From Octopus vulgaris (lineage: Eukaryota): a stretch of DNA of 64,000 bases. The stretch spans positions 1,860,001 to 1,924,000 of the forward strand of contig OX597816.1 of the NCBI GenBank assembly GCA_951406725.2, read 5' to 3'. The position numbers were made by a program, and so were the translations under genes. The notes under the pieces were generated by a model. That model was not told where the DNA came from, searched no databases, and saw only the letters and a program-made list of their open reading frames with translations. This document shows, piece by piece, positions 25,579 through 36,819 of the stretch. Each line of letters begins with the position of its first letter. Within the stretch, counting starts at the first letter, position 1.

Positions 25579-26480
25579 CTATTTAACAGTAAGGAATCCA
25601 GATGTCGGTAGCCAGAGTATGCGTGAGTACACGAGCCAAGTGTTGTGAGCATTGAGGATAATGACTTTGGATTCAAAGAGGAGTGAAGTGAGGTAGATAT
25701 CCTCCAGGCAGGATGTGACAGGGTCAAAGAGTTGCTGGTCATTGAAAGAATTTGCAGAGAGTGCGCTAATTGTAAACAAAATTCACCATTGTATAAGTAG
25801 CACCCTTTTTTTTTCTTTTTTTTTTTTTGCAATCTTCTGTGAAAACTGGTCTGGAGGAGGGGAAAATATGACCTTGCTGAGAAACAGGTAAGGGACGGCA
25901 ACAAGAAAAGCATTCAGCTGTAGAAAATCTCCCTCAACAAATCCCATCTGTCCCCTGCAACAATCCAACAAATTGCACTCCTGGACCCTGTGGCAGGGTT
26001 TGAGTTGCATCGGCTTCTTCATCACAATCCTTGGCAACGCTTAAGCTCCATCTTTGCCCCATCAGAAACAGCGACATTGATGACTGCAACCCTCCTTTTA
26101 GATATATCCCTCTACCTTCCACCCAAAACAAAAAACTCATCTACCCAAGAGGTTCACTCATAGGTGGGTTGCAGCTGCTCAGCCAAAACACAAAGTCTAC
26201 AATGGCTGCAGAAAAAATCCCCTACAAACCAGAAGGTATTATTATCAATACTGTAAAGCCATAATTCAAACCACAAAGGATGCAAAACATTCAACCAAAC
26301 CACAAAGGCTTCAAGTGTTCCTGCCTCTCAAATTCCAGTCAATCCTATTGGACCCTAACTAAAAGAATCTCCACCAGTTTTGTGAAATACTCCATTCTTC
26401 CACATTTTAACCAAAACGATTCTACGAACAATACTCCTGGAGAGAAAAACCTCCATCTTCACTAATTGCTTTACTCCATG
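25579..26480. mobile_element. Decayed CR1/Crack-like LINE ORF2 fragments (endonuclease on -, linker on +)
   Basis: Minus 25579-25790: LFDPVTSCLEDI..VII-LNAHNTWL. Plus 26280-26465: CSCLSNSSQSYWTLTKRISTSF..ILPHFNQND. Both resemble CR1-group ORF2 segments. Confidence 0.45.
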
Positions 26481-27324
26481 CTGCAAAGCCTTGATCAAAG
26501 GTCAGCAAACTTCTTATATATTGATTCCTTTGTGCAATCGTCAATAACTTATAGACCCCCCCATCATGTACATTTCTAAAATAAAATTACAAAGTATAAT
26601 TAATAAAACTTCTTGATTTAAAAAATGTCTTCATTCTTTTTCCATCATACTACATTGATATAGTAGAAATATTTCATGTCTATTTACCCCTTGGATGGCC
26701 ACATAGACCTCCAAGGTCTCAATATCAACCACTTTGCTGACCCTTGCCCTAGATACATATTTTCTAGATCTATCCCCTTTCTCCTCAACCAGACTCATCC
26801 TCATGTACAAACACATGTCAAATGGTAAGGTCTCCTTGGTTACTTCAAACCAACAACTCCACTGGCCTTAATAATGTCCCTTCTATATAATAGCAGTGTG
26901 TAAGCTTCCCTGTCCAATTGTCATCACATGTAATTTAGACACCTCCTCCAAATTTGCATTGACTTCATGGAGAGAGAGAGAGAGAGAGAGAGAGCTCAAA
27001 AATATTTAATGGGAGTCAGGCCATCTTTTCTCTTATGAGAAAAAAAACAGCAATACACATACAAAGAAAACATTGCAACACATTCCCTTAAACACCAGCA
27101 ACATGTAACTAGGGCCCTCATAATCACTCCAAATGCTAGCCCTCACGATCGGTGATGACCTCTCCTGGCAAACACTTCTTTATTATAAGCTTAAATTGCA
27201 ACTCAAAGTTTAGCCCTTCTCTTCAGAACCAAAACAAAGAATTCCTCTCCCAACAACTACGATCAAGCAAGACCCACAATGGAGTGAGTCCAGGCTGATC
27301 CCTTATCTGGAACTCTGCTGTTGC

Positions 27325-27697
27325 TGCTTGTTTGTTTGTTGAGTGAAGCGGTCTTCATCCTCTTGGGAGAAGTCCAAAACGTGGTCCTTTGCTATTCGTA
27401 AGACCTGCAGAAGAGAAAGCAGGTCAACCCCCGACACCAAGAGCATCGCTGGATGGATGAATGCGCATCCAGGCTCAGCGGTTGCGTAGGAAGTTGGGGG
27501 CAAGAAACAGGAAGAAAGAGTGAGAGAAAGTTGGAGTGAAAGATACAACAGGGGTCGCCACCAACCGTTGCTGGAGCCTTGTGGAGCTTTAGGTGTTTTT
27601 GCTCAATAAACACACACAACGTCCGGTCTGGGAATCAAAACTGCGATCCTCCGACCACGAGTCCGCTGCCCTAACCACTGGGCCATTGTGCCTCCAC
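27325..27697 (-). mobile_element. tRNA-derived SINE with (CAAA)n tail
   Basis: Minus head GTGGAGGCACAATGGCCCAGTGGTTAGGGCAGCGGACTCG...GTTTTGATTCCC; ends CAACAAACAAACAAG. CTGCTGTTGCTGCT occurs on both flanks, a possible TSD. Confidence 0.75.
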
Positions 27698-28299
27698 CTG
27701 CTGTTGCTGCTACTACACACACACCCTAGACAGACTACATTCAAAGAAAGGTCATGTGATTAATTAACATGAAACCAATCACAAGCATCTTCCAGCTTCT
27801 GGTCCACAGACATGCTGTGTCCTCTCACTGCCTTTTCTACTGCTTCTACAATGGTTTCTGCTCTTCAAAAACTGTCTGTTCTTGTGCCACCTTCATTCAC
27901 TTGTTTCTGCCTCTCATCACGTTGTGTCCATCACCACCACTCCACCCAGGGCCCACACTAACAACTATATCCAATCATTTCCATCACAACACTGGCCTCC
28001 AACCCCCCCCCCGCCCCCAACTAAATGTCTTTATTGCAGTTAACTACAACAGTTTAACCGTTCAGTTACCATATTTCTCCTGAAATACACAGTCTTTGCT
28101 TTAATTCATTTCGAAACAAATGAAAAGTTTAAAAAAAAAAATAACTCGGTCATCGTTTAATTGGTGTTTGGGACATGGATTAACAGGAGATTCTGATGGA
28201 CGAAGGTTTTACTTCAAAACGGAGTTTGGATCATAGAATGAAAGATGGTTTTAGGTGAGATGGTCCCAAAAGGATGAAGCAGAATGTCAGCAGCATCAA

Positions 28300-29260
28300 T
28301 CTATGCAAGTCTCAAAGAGCCTATAAAGATCATGGGTATGGTCTGCTCCTTCCAAGAATTCTTGCCCTCACCAAAGCTTCTGGTCCCTCCTACAGATATC
28401 GATTGCTATATTTGGAAACCAACTACAATGTATCCCGTTCTTAATATGGCCAACCATCTGAACTATCAATTTATTGCTCTCGCTTCCAACTTCATAAAGG
28501 TGAGGGGGAACAATGTTAACAACTCGCTTCCCAATATATAAAACCACATCGACTGGAAACCAGCTCTCCCGTCGCACTCAATAACTGCTCCTCATTCTTT
28601 GAGAAATTTATTGGAAACAATATTATTAGTGTACTTGACAGGCCCCGTTTCCCACATGCAATCTCCTACCTAAACTTTCTATACATGGGCTCCAGCAGGG
28701 TTTGGTTCAGAAGCCTCCTGTCGGGTCATACCAATGCAGCTCTCTTTGACAAACTGTCATCTCTGGCATGCTCCAAGGCACCAGTATCTTCTCCACATTT
28801 CTTCCCATACATCAACAGCCTATCTGCCATCACTTCCAACAATGTCCAGTGCTATGCAGGTGATGCAGTCCTTCACCCAACTCTTATGACCGGTACATAA
28901 GCATCATCTTTATGTAACCTAGACAACTGATGCTAAACTTGCACTGTCCCGACAGAAAGAGACCCCAAATACATTCTCCAGTGGAGTCCTGTCCATCTTG
29001 TTTCCTTCACCAATATAAAGCTACAACCAATGCACAAAAAAAAATACATGTGAAACTCTTAAAATATCACTTGAAATGTTAGGCTTCACAAAACTCACAG
29101 CCCAAACACCAGGATTCCTCTTCAAAACCAGAAAACACTTCAGCTCTCTTCAAGGATCAAATAAGATCACCACCAACAGAATATTGCTCTCAGTAAACAC
29201 ACATCCTACATTGCATCTGGTTAAATACCAAAGAACTGAAAACTTGTTTCCGAGTATCCC
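28300..29260 (+). mobile_element. Decayed CR1/Crack-like LINE RT fragment
   Basis: WKPTTMYPV..NHLNYQFIAL (cf. NPSNYRPIAL) and FFPYINSL..VQCYAGDAVLH (cf. YADD). Confidence 0.55.
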
Positions 29261-29473
29261 GTAAAGTCAAGGCAAGGAGACAGCAAAACACAAGCACAAA
29301 CATACAACAAGTATGACAGACTTCTTTCTGCTTCTGTTTACCAAATCCACTCACAAGGCTTTGGTCAACCTAGTACAAGACACTCGCCCAAGGTGCCATG
29401 CAACGGGACTAAACCTGAAATTACATGGTTGGGAAACAAATCTCTTACCCACACAGCCTTGTCAGCATATATA

Positions 29474-30706
29474 CAGGGTCTTGCAGATAAATTGAGACCA
29501 ACTTTAAGCAATTGTCTTAGGTGGGTCTAGCATTTCATTTTTTGACAAAACCTTGCTTGCTTGAAAATCTAATCTTCCTCTTTATTTGTCAGGTAAATTA
29601 TGAACTGATTCAACAACAGAAGGTCATGGAACAACAGAATCATTCTGCCATTATTGTTTTGGTGAGCCCTGGGCACACTGCCAATAAATTGTGAAGTTGA
29701 CAAAACTTCCAAAAGCAACAATTTAAAGAAGAGAGAAAGATTGATAGAAAAGAACACAAGACTCAAAGTGATTCCAAGTACAATCCAAAGTTTCTCGCTG
29801 GCCTCAAACGCTCAATTGGTGCCAACCCACCTACATCCAGGACAACTCTTGCAAAGAAATGCAATGTGTCCCTTTCCACATTGTTCAGAGCTGTGAACAG
29901 GAACCTTGGCATGACTAGCTAACTGCCTAACAGTCAAGGTCAAAGCAATCAGAGCTGAGAGTAGCCCAAAGCCTCTGTCATTCATCAAACATCAAGGTGC
30001 AGGAAAAACTCTCGTGCTTCTGGACGAGAAGTTCACTGTGGACACTGAGGTGAATCGCAGAAATTCTCGAGTGATTGTATCCAACCCTTCTGATGTCCCT
30101 CCTGTGCCTGAGATGAAGAATCCAGCCTTTGTGATGGTATTTGAAGCTATGTCGAGTGATGGAAGCATCCTGGATCCACACTTCATTGAGTCTGGCTTGA
30201 AGATCGACACAAAGGAGTATCTGGACATCCTGAAGAACTCACCATTACCTTGAATGTAGCTGAAGTTTGGGCCTGACAATGTGGTGCTTATCCAGGATTC
30301 TGAAGCATGCCAGGAGTCAAAAGCAACACAGGTCTTCCTTGGTGAGAGGGTGCCATTTTTTGTGAGGGCCAACACCTGGTCCAGTAATAGCCCAGATCTC
30401 AACCTTCTTGGTTACTTTTTATGGGGTGTACTTCAAGAAGGGACCAATGCTTCACCACACTCTCCAGTGTCAACAGTTTGAAGACCTGCATCGTGCATGC
30501 GACATGCAAAATCAAAAAGGCAGAGATTGCAGCAGCTGCAAAAAGATTTTATTCTCATGTGAAGGCCCCCAAAAGGGCAGCCAAACTGAGTGATAAATGG
30601 GGTTTTTTTGTAACAAAATTATATCTGTCTACTACCATTATTTCAGTATTTATAACCAGTTGTATGCATTGTAAAAATTATCTCAATTTATCTGCTCAAG
30701 ACCCTG
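29474..30706 (+). mobile_element. Tc1/mariner DD37D (maT-like) transposon relic
   Basis: TA|CAGGGTCTTGCAGATAAATTGAGA ... TCTCAATTTATCTGCTCAAGACCCTG|TA. Transposase pieces LLDEKFTVD and QD..(37 aa)..SPDLNLLGY (third Asp mutated); stops present. Confidence 0.85.
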
Positions 30707-30744
30707 TATATATGTGCGTGTATATGTTTATATAGTCAATTCAA

Positions 30745-31320
30745 ATAAATGAATAAAATTAACAGACAACAAGAGGACATGCACAAGGAATGCAATTAGC
30801 TTGATGCTCGGTGGAAAGAGAGTTTGACATTTTGAGCATAGATCTTCATTGGAAAGGAGAAAGGGAAAAGTCCAATGAAGGAGGAATTTCAACCATGTTT
30901 CGTGGTCTGCTACCACAACAGCTCCTTTATAGGATCCAGTTAGCTCAAGACATCATCAGGAGGAACCACGTCTGGTTTCGGCCCCTACTCCTCTACCGTT
31001 TTGATATGTCATCCCCCCACCTTTCGGAGGTGTCTTCAGCTCTGATGTTGGGTGCATGCCTTCTTTCTTCTGTTCCCTGGCCTCTTTGAGGTAGCGTCAA
31101 CAAGTGTCAGTGGGCGAGACTGTTTTGTCAAATTTTTTCCCTTTAAATACCTGCTGCTAGGCTCCAGCAAGCAGCCCCACAAGTTGTCACGTGACACTGT
31201 CTCAACTTTAACTGACCAATGAAGGCGCATAGTCTTAGCCCACGCATTCTCTAAACGACCATCACCTGTCAGTCAGCGAAGCTAATTTGCCAACAGCACA
31301 TGTGAGGTCGCATTGCTGAA
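30745..31320 (-). mobile_element. Penelope-like remnant with tandem degenerate hammerhead cores
   Basis: Minus strand: CTGAAGA (31039-31033)..GAAA-CCAGACGTGG-TT; CTGATGA (30959-30953)..GAAA-CATGG-TT; and a third decayed core at ~30827-30852. Confidence 0.45.
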
Positions 31321-31529
31321 GTCAACCCCTGCCAGCATGGAAAGTGGACTATGATGATCCTGATACAGACAATATACATGCTAACCTCAGCTTGAATGAG
31401 CTGGGTTTCTGTAGGAAGCCTTTGAAACTCTAAGTCGCACAGAGCCAGGTCAAACTGTTTTAAATAATAAAACATGTAACTCTTCCGGAATGTGTTAAGT
31501 CCCTTTTTCTTTCATTTTGTCCACTCACT

Positions 31530-31580
<51 letters not shown>

Positions 31581-31685
31581 AATGTAGGATAATTTTTTTT
31601 TTTTTGTAGGATAAAATTTTTTCGGCATATTTTTTCGTTTGCCCTTATTTATGAATTGTTTATTTATATATATATATATATATGT

Positions 31686-32000
31686 GTGTGTCGGTGGCAC
31701 ATAAAAACACCATCCGAGCGTGGCCGTCTGCCAGCCTCGTCTGGCACCTGTGTCGGTGGCACATAAAAAACACCATCCGAGCGTGGCCGTTCGCCAGCCT
31801 CGTCTGGCACCTGTGTCGGTGGCACATAAAATCACCCACTACACTCTCGGAGTGGTTGGCGTTAGGAAGGGCATCCAGCTGTAGAAACACTGCCAGATCT
31901 GACTGGCCTGGTGCAGCCTTCGGGCTCCCCAGACTCCAGTTGAACCGTCCAACCCATGCTAGCATGGAAAGCAGACGTTAAATGATGATGATGATGATGA
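31686..32000 (+). mobile_element. RTE-LINE 3' tail copy with 3 hairpin repeats
   Basis: Three GTGTCGGTGGCACATAAAA units ~61 bp apart, core and (GAT)n. Confidence 0.85.
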
Positions 32001-33375
32001 TATATATATATAATGTATAAGGCACATACATGGCTGCATGGTTAAGAAGTTCAGTTCCTAACCACATGTTTCCAGGTTCAGTCTACTTTGGCCAAATATC
32101 TTCTGCTGTAGCCTTGGGCCAACCAAAGCCTTGTGAGTGGATTTGGTAGATGGAAACAGAAAGAAGCCTGTCGTGTATGTGTGCATTAGTATATGCATGT
32201 GTTTGCGTCTCCTCGTTTTGACATCGCATGGGAGTTGCAAACGAAAGTATTACCTTGCTTGGAAACAGGTGACGGTTGACGACAGTAAGGGCATCCACCC
32301 ATAGAAAACCTACCCCAACGAATTCCTCTGATCCATGTAAGCATAAGCAGAGTGGACGTTAAAACGATAACCCACTCAAAAACAGCAACCACACATCAAG
32401 GGTGGATCAGGGGTTGGTCAATGCAACCGTAATTTACCTTGACAACACAGACAAGGGCAAGAGGTGAGGTTGTCTTAGAATATTACATCAAATTGAGCAT
32501 TATGAAAAAGGAATTTCTCACAGAGTATGGAAACAAGAAGCTCCGAGACTATCTTAAAATGAAATACTAATATATTTTTTTTAAATCAAAGAATTAGGAT
32601 TTAATAGATAGTGGTGTGGGGCGGGAGACAAGGGTGGGGGTAATTAACAGAAAACAAACTTTTCACGCACTTATGTTTGTATCGGTTAAGACAGAATCAA
32701 AGACCCGAAGAATTGCGGCTATTTTCAGCATCATGGTTGTTCTATAGGGTCTGGTTAACCTGGTGGCGGCAGAGATATTAAAAGCATTCCAGCCATGACA
32801 ATCTCATCTTCCTTTGAATTACATAAATTAAGTGTATATTTTTCAAGACGACGGTGGTTGTGATTTAGAGGAGTTTGGCTGCAGTTTCTAGCAAGTGGAA
32901 AGTCCGTGTAGCGGTTCCTCGGCTGAGTCAGGCTCGACGTGACGGTCTTCCGTTGTGGAATCAATAAAGAAAACAATAACACACCCAACATATACGCGTG
33001 TCAATCCATTTAGTAGTTCTATAGAAAGCATTTAACACTTGATCGTTTCTCATTTTCCTCTTCACTCGGTTCTTCTGGCCAAAGTAAACACAAACATGTG
33101 ACTCTTTTAAACACCTTCAATACATACAAATATTCTACACATACACTATTAACAACAACAACAACACCGAGCTAAAATCAAATTTAATTAAGGCTAAATT
33201 GCAGCGGTTTAATTATATTTAAACAAATATTTCAGCCCAAAATATTCTCAAAACCGAAACCAAAAACCTTTGTTTCGACCCAAAACACGTTTTTAATTGC
33301 GGAGTTTCTGGTTTCATTTGCGACGGATTTCGTAAAACTTGAGATATTTAAAAGAATAGGTTGCACTCTACTTAC

Positions 33376-33657
33376 CCACAGGTTTTCTTTGTTTCAAAAA
33401 TCGTTCAACAACAAGTTGGAAGGTTTTTGTTTTTGTGATGTTATTGTAATTTGTTAATGAGTTTGTTTCGGGGTTTTTAATTGGGTTCCGAATCTGTTGG
33501 AAACCTTTTCTGTTAAATGTAAAACAAAATATCGCTGTCGGAGAACAAACCCAACTCGGAATGCTGTGTTATACTTTCTTATAAATGTATTTCTGTATTC
33601 CTGAAGCAAAATCAGGAGAATTTGCCCAAAAATTTCTCAACAGCCGAACTCGGCCAT
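33376..33657 (-). other. Probable non-coding first exon of a minus-strand gene
   Basis: Consensus donor TGG|GTAAGT at 33376/33375, just downstream of the ETS promoter, in unique CpG-richer sequence; the only ATG seen closes after 6 codons. Confidence 0.45.
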
Positions 33658-33735
33658 TAAATCAGACCGGAAGTAAACCGCCTCACCGGAAGTGAAACTT
33701 ACTAGTTCCGGATGTCAACACTGAGCATGTGCTGA
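33650..33735. promoter_or_regulatory. TATA-less housekeeping-type promoter (tandem ETS/GABP sites)
   Basis: ACCGGAAGT (33666-33674), ACCGGAAGTG (33685-33694), CCGGATGT (33708-33715) and a YY1-like GCCATT (~33653), in a locally CpG-retaining unique region. Confidence 0.65.
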
Positions 33736-34176
33736 AGAAAATCTTCTTCTTAAAACTGCGATTTTTATTCTGTTTTAGAAACTGAATTATTTATATTATA
33801 TAAATTGTTGTTTCTAAATTTCTTCTATAATTATTTTATATTCTTTTAATTGGGCGGCAAATATTTTCTTTTTGTCAAAATGAATTAAGAGAAATATTTT
33901 GCGCAAGAATATCGTCTGCTATCCATTTCTTGCCTCTGTGGAATTTCTATCAATCATTCCTGCACAGATCGAAGTCTGATAAACCGGTGTTTGAAATTAC
34001 AGCAGTAGATTTTATTTATGAAATAAATACTGTCATTATATCTGATAAATTCTCGCCCGGCGCGCTAACGTTTCTGCCAGCTCGCTGCCTTATGTATATG
34101 TAATATATGTATGTGTGTTCATATATATATATATATATATATACTTTATTTTAAGCAGCAGAAAATTCAACAAAAT

Positions 34177-34214
34177 CTGTTACTCTGAGTTTCTCGTTGC
34201 CGTTCATCAGACAG
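34177..34214 (-). ncRNA. Minimal type-I hammerhead ribozyme motif
   Basis: ctgt-CTGATGA-a-cg-GCAA-cg-a-GAAA-CTCAGAG-TA-acag: both core strands, GNRA-capped short stem II, near-palindromic stem III, GUA site and 4-bp stem I. Confidence 0.6.
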
Positions 34215-34290
34215 TTTTTGCTAGAATGGAACTTATATATTAATATATATATATATTATATATTAATATATATATATATTAATATATATA

Positions 34291-34306
<16 letters not shown>

Positions 34307-34322
<16 letters not shown>

Positions 34323-34430
34323 TGTGTACAGTGCTCAGGTGCACTACAACTCATCTAAAGTGTATATATAATCAGGTGTAGTTTCGACGGATTTCGGGAA
34401 GCATGAGGGCCTTAAAGGATGCAGTGTCAT
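34307..34430 (-). mobile_element. 3' end of a CR1/L2-like LINE with (ATT)n tail
   Basis: Minus strand DTASFKALMLPEIRRNYT*, a short 3' UTR with AGTGC-ACCTGA-GCACT stem-loop, then (ATT)n. Confidence 0.6.
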
Positions 34431-34507
34431 ATATATATATATATATATGAACATACATACACACACACACTAATAAGACTAACATGCCCACACGTGTACG
34501 TCTGTTG

Positions 34508-34563
<56 letters not shown>

Positions 34564-35155
34564 CGTTTTTGAATTAGTTTTCAACACAATTTCTAGTTAA
34601 TTAAAAACACTTTTAAACTTCGTATACTAGTAGAATGTGTTTATAAAACATCATTTTTTCTTGGCTTTATTGAGAAAATTCTATATGTTGTAACATATTT
34701 CGACTTTAATTTCGAGCATTTCGGCAATTTTAACCAATCGCTGACCTCCATTTGGGGTGAAAACATTCCGTGCTGTATGAATATGTCCCTCGTTTAAGAA
34801 ACAGATTGGGTTTATTTACATTTGCGAAGAAAAAAAGATACCCTTCCCCCACCCCTAACCCTAACCATAACTCTAAACCTAACCCTAAAATAGATTGAAA
34901 TGCAATAGATCGATACTAGGGTTATAATTATGGGTGACAATTTCATATGACACCGCTACGGAAAATGCTCGAAATAAAAGTCGAAATATGTTACAATATA
35001 TAGAATTTTTTCAATAAAGCCAAGAAAAAATGATGTTTTATAAACACATTCTACCAGTATACGAAATTTTTAAAGTGTTTAGTTAACTAGAAATTGTGTT
35101 GAAAACTGCCGTTCAAAAGGAAAAGATCCCTCGCTTTCTTTATTAATTCAAAAAC

Positions 35156-35156
<1 letters not shown>
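34564..35156. mobile_element. Long-TIR MITE inserted in (TA)n, with internal telomere-like hexamers
   Basis: ~160-bp TIRs (34564-34722 vs 34963-35156), TA|CGTTTTTGAATTA...TAATTCAAAAACG|TA; six CCCTAA-like units at 34853-34888. Confidence 0.8.
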
Positions 35157-35194
<38 letters not shown>

Positions 35195-35257
35195 CACACA
35201 TACACACACTAATAAGACTAACGTGTACGTCTGTTGCACATATATTACATATACATA

Positions 35258-35672
35258 AGGCGGTGAGCTGGCAGAAACGTTAGCGCGCCAGGCGAAATGC
35301 TTAGCGGTATTTTGTCTGCCATTACGTTGTGAGTTCAAATTCCGCCGAGGTCGACTTTGCCTTTCATCCTTTCGGGGTCGATAAATTAAGTACCAGTTAC
35401 GCACTGGGGTCGATGTAATCGACTTAATACCTATGTCTGTCCTTGTTTGTCCCCTCTATGTTTAGCCCCTTGTGGGTAATAAAGAAATAGGTATTTCGTC
35501 TGTCGTTATGTTCTGAGTTCAAATTCCGCCGAGGTTGACTTTGCCATTCATCCTTTCGGGGTAGATAAATAAAGTACCAGTTTCATACTGGGGTCAATGT
35601 AATCGACTTAATCCCTTCGTCTGTCCTTGTTTGTCTCCTCTATGTTTAGCCCCTTGTGGGCAGTAAAGAAAT
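35258..35672 (+). mobile_element. tRNA-derived SINE (family A), head-to-tail dimer
   Basis: AGGCGGTGAGCTGGCAGAAACGTTAG...GAGTTCAAATTCC...GTCGACTTTGCCTTTCATCCTTTCGGGGTCGATAAA; a 5'-truncated second copy starts at ~35490. Confidence 0.85.
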
Positions 35673-36109
35673 ATATATATTACACATATATACAGAGAGA
35701 GAGAGAGAGAAAGGGCCAGAAATGAAAGAACCCCAAAACTGTAATTTCTTCGTGTGTGTATATTTTAATGATTGCAGATCGTAATTCCAAGCATCGTAGT
35801 TTCGGGGACGGGGGTGAGGACTAGGGATCTCTCTTCATGACTACCACCACCACAATTGTTTTGTAATCTTTCAGTCTCGACTTTCTTTTGAAAAAATTCT
35901 CAGTTTATGATTTACCAAAATACAGACGTTATATCAAATATGAAAGCTTTTTCAAAAAAAGATCAGTCACGGTTGATGCATTCCCTTGCACAATGCATAT
36001 AGACGCGAAAGCCTGGCTAACCCTATGAACCGCCGGCCATAGCTAGCTTTCTCTAAATACTCTATTGATCTATAACTTAACGCGTGCTCCTCTTTTAGAT
36101 TTATGATTT

Positions 36110-36594
36110 ACTGGTCCCTACCTGGGATGTAGTCAGTCCACCTGTGCATACCTTCCTTCTTGGGACACATAACTCTACTTGTGAAGACCTGTTGAGGCAA
36201 GTGAAAATCAAAATCGAAGAATCAAATCAAATCAAAATCGATCCACATCAATGGAATTTGTATCTTTGTGGTACCAGTGCCGGTGGCACATAAGAGAACC
36301 ATCCGAATGTGGCCGTAGCCAGCACCGAATCGACTGGCCTCCATGCCGGTGGCACGTAAAAAATACCATCCGAGTGTGGCCATTCGCCAGCTTCGTCTGG
36401 CACCTGTGTCAGTGGCACATAAAAAGCACCCACTACACTCACGGAGTGGTTGGCGTTAGGAAGGGCATCCAGCTGTAGAAACACCGCCAGATCTGACTGG
36501 CCTGGTACAGCCTTCGGACTTCCCAGACCCCAGTTAAACCGTCCAACCCATGCTAGCATGGAAAGCGGACGTTAAATGATGATGATGATGACGA
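36110..36594 (+). mobile_element. RTE-LINE 3' UTR/tail copy
   Basis: GAAGACCTGTTGAGGCAAGTGAAA leader, three hairpin units, core and (GAT)n. Confidence 0.8.
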
Positions 36595-36597
36595 TAT

Positions 36598-36800
36598 ATA
36601 TCAAAATAAGCAACAAGGATATCCAGAGGTAATGCAGTACGATCGTTTCATGCCACTCCATTTAACTGAACAATGCATTGTTCAGTTAAATGGAGTCGCA
36701 TGAAAATGGAATTCATTATAATCACCCCATTTTGAATTTTATGGATAATACCACACTAAATTCTGGTGCCTTTAACTTAAGTACCATATTCAACTGAATC
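36598..36800. mobile_element. Penelope-like remnant (same family as 55017-55275) with internal 60-bp palindrome
   Basis: Shares ATCAAAATAAGCAACAAGG and AAATTCTGGTGCCTTTAACTTAAGTACCATATTC with 55017-55275. Confidence 0.6.
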
Positions 36801-36819
36801 TATCTATCTATCTATCTAC

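Noticed and set aside
29992-30402. 136-aa minus-strand ORF (also 37392-37910, +)
   Set aside because: Antisense shadows of the transposase and RT relics.
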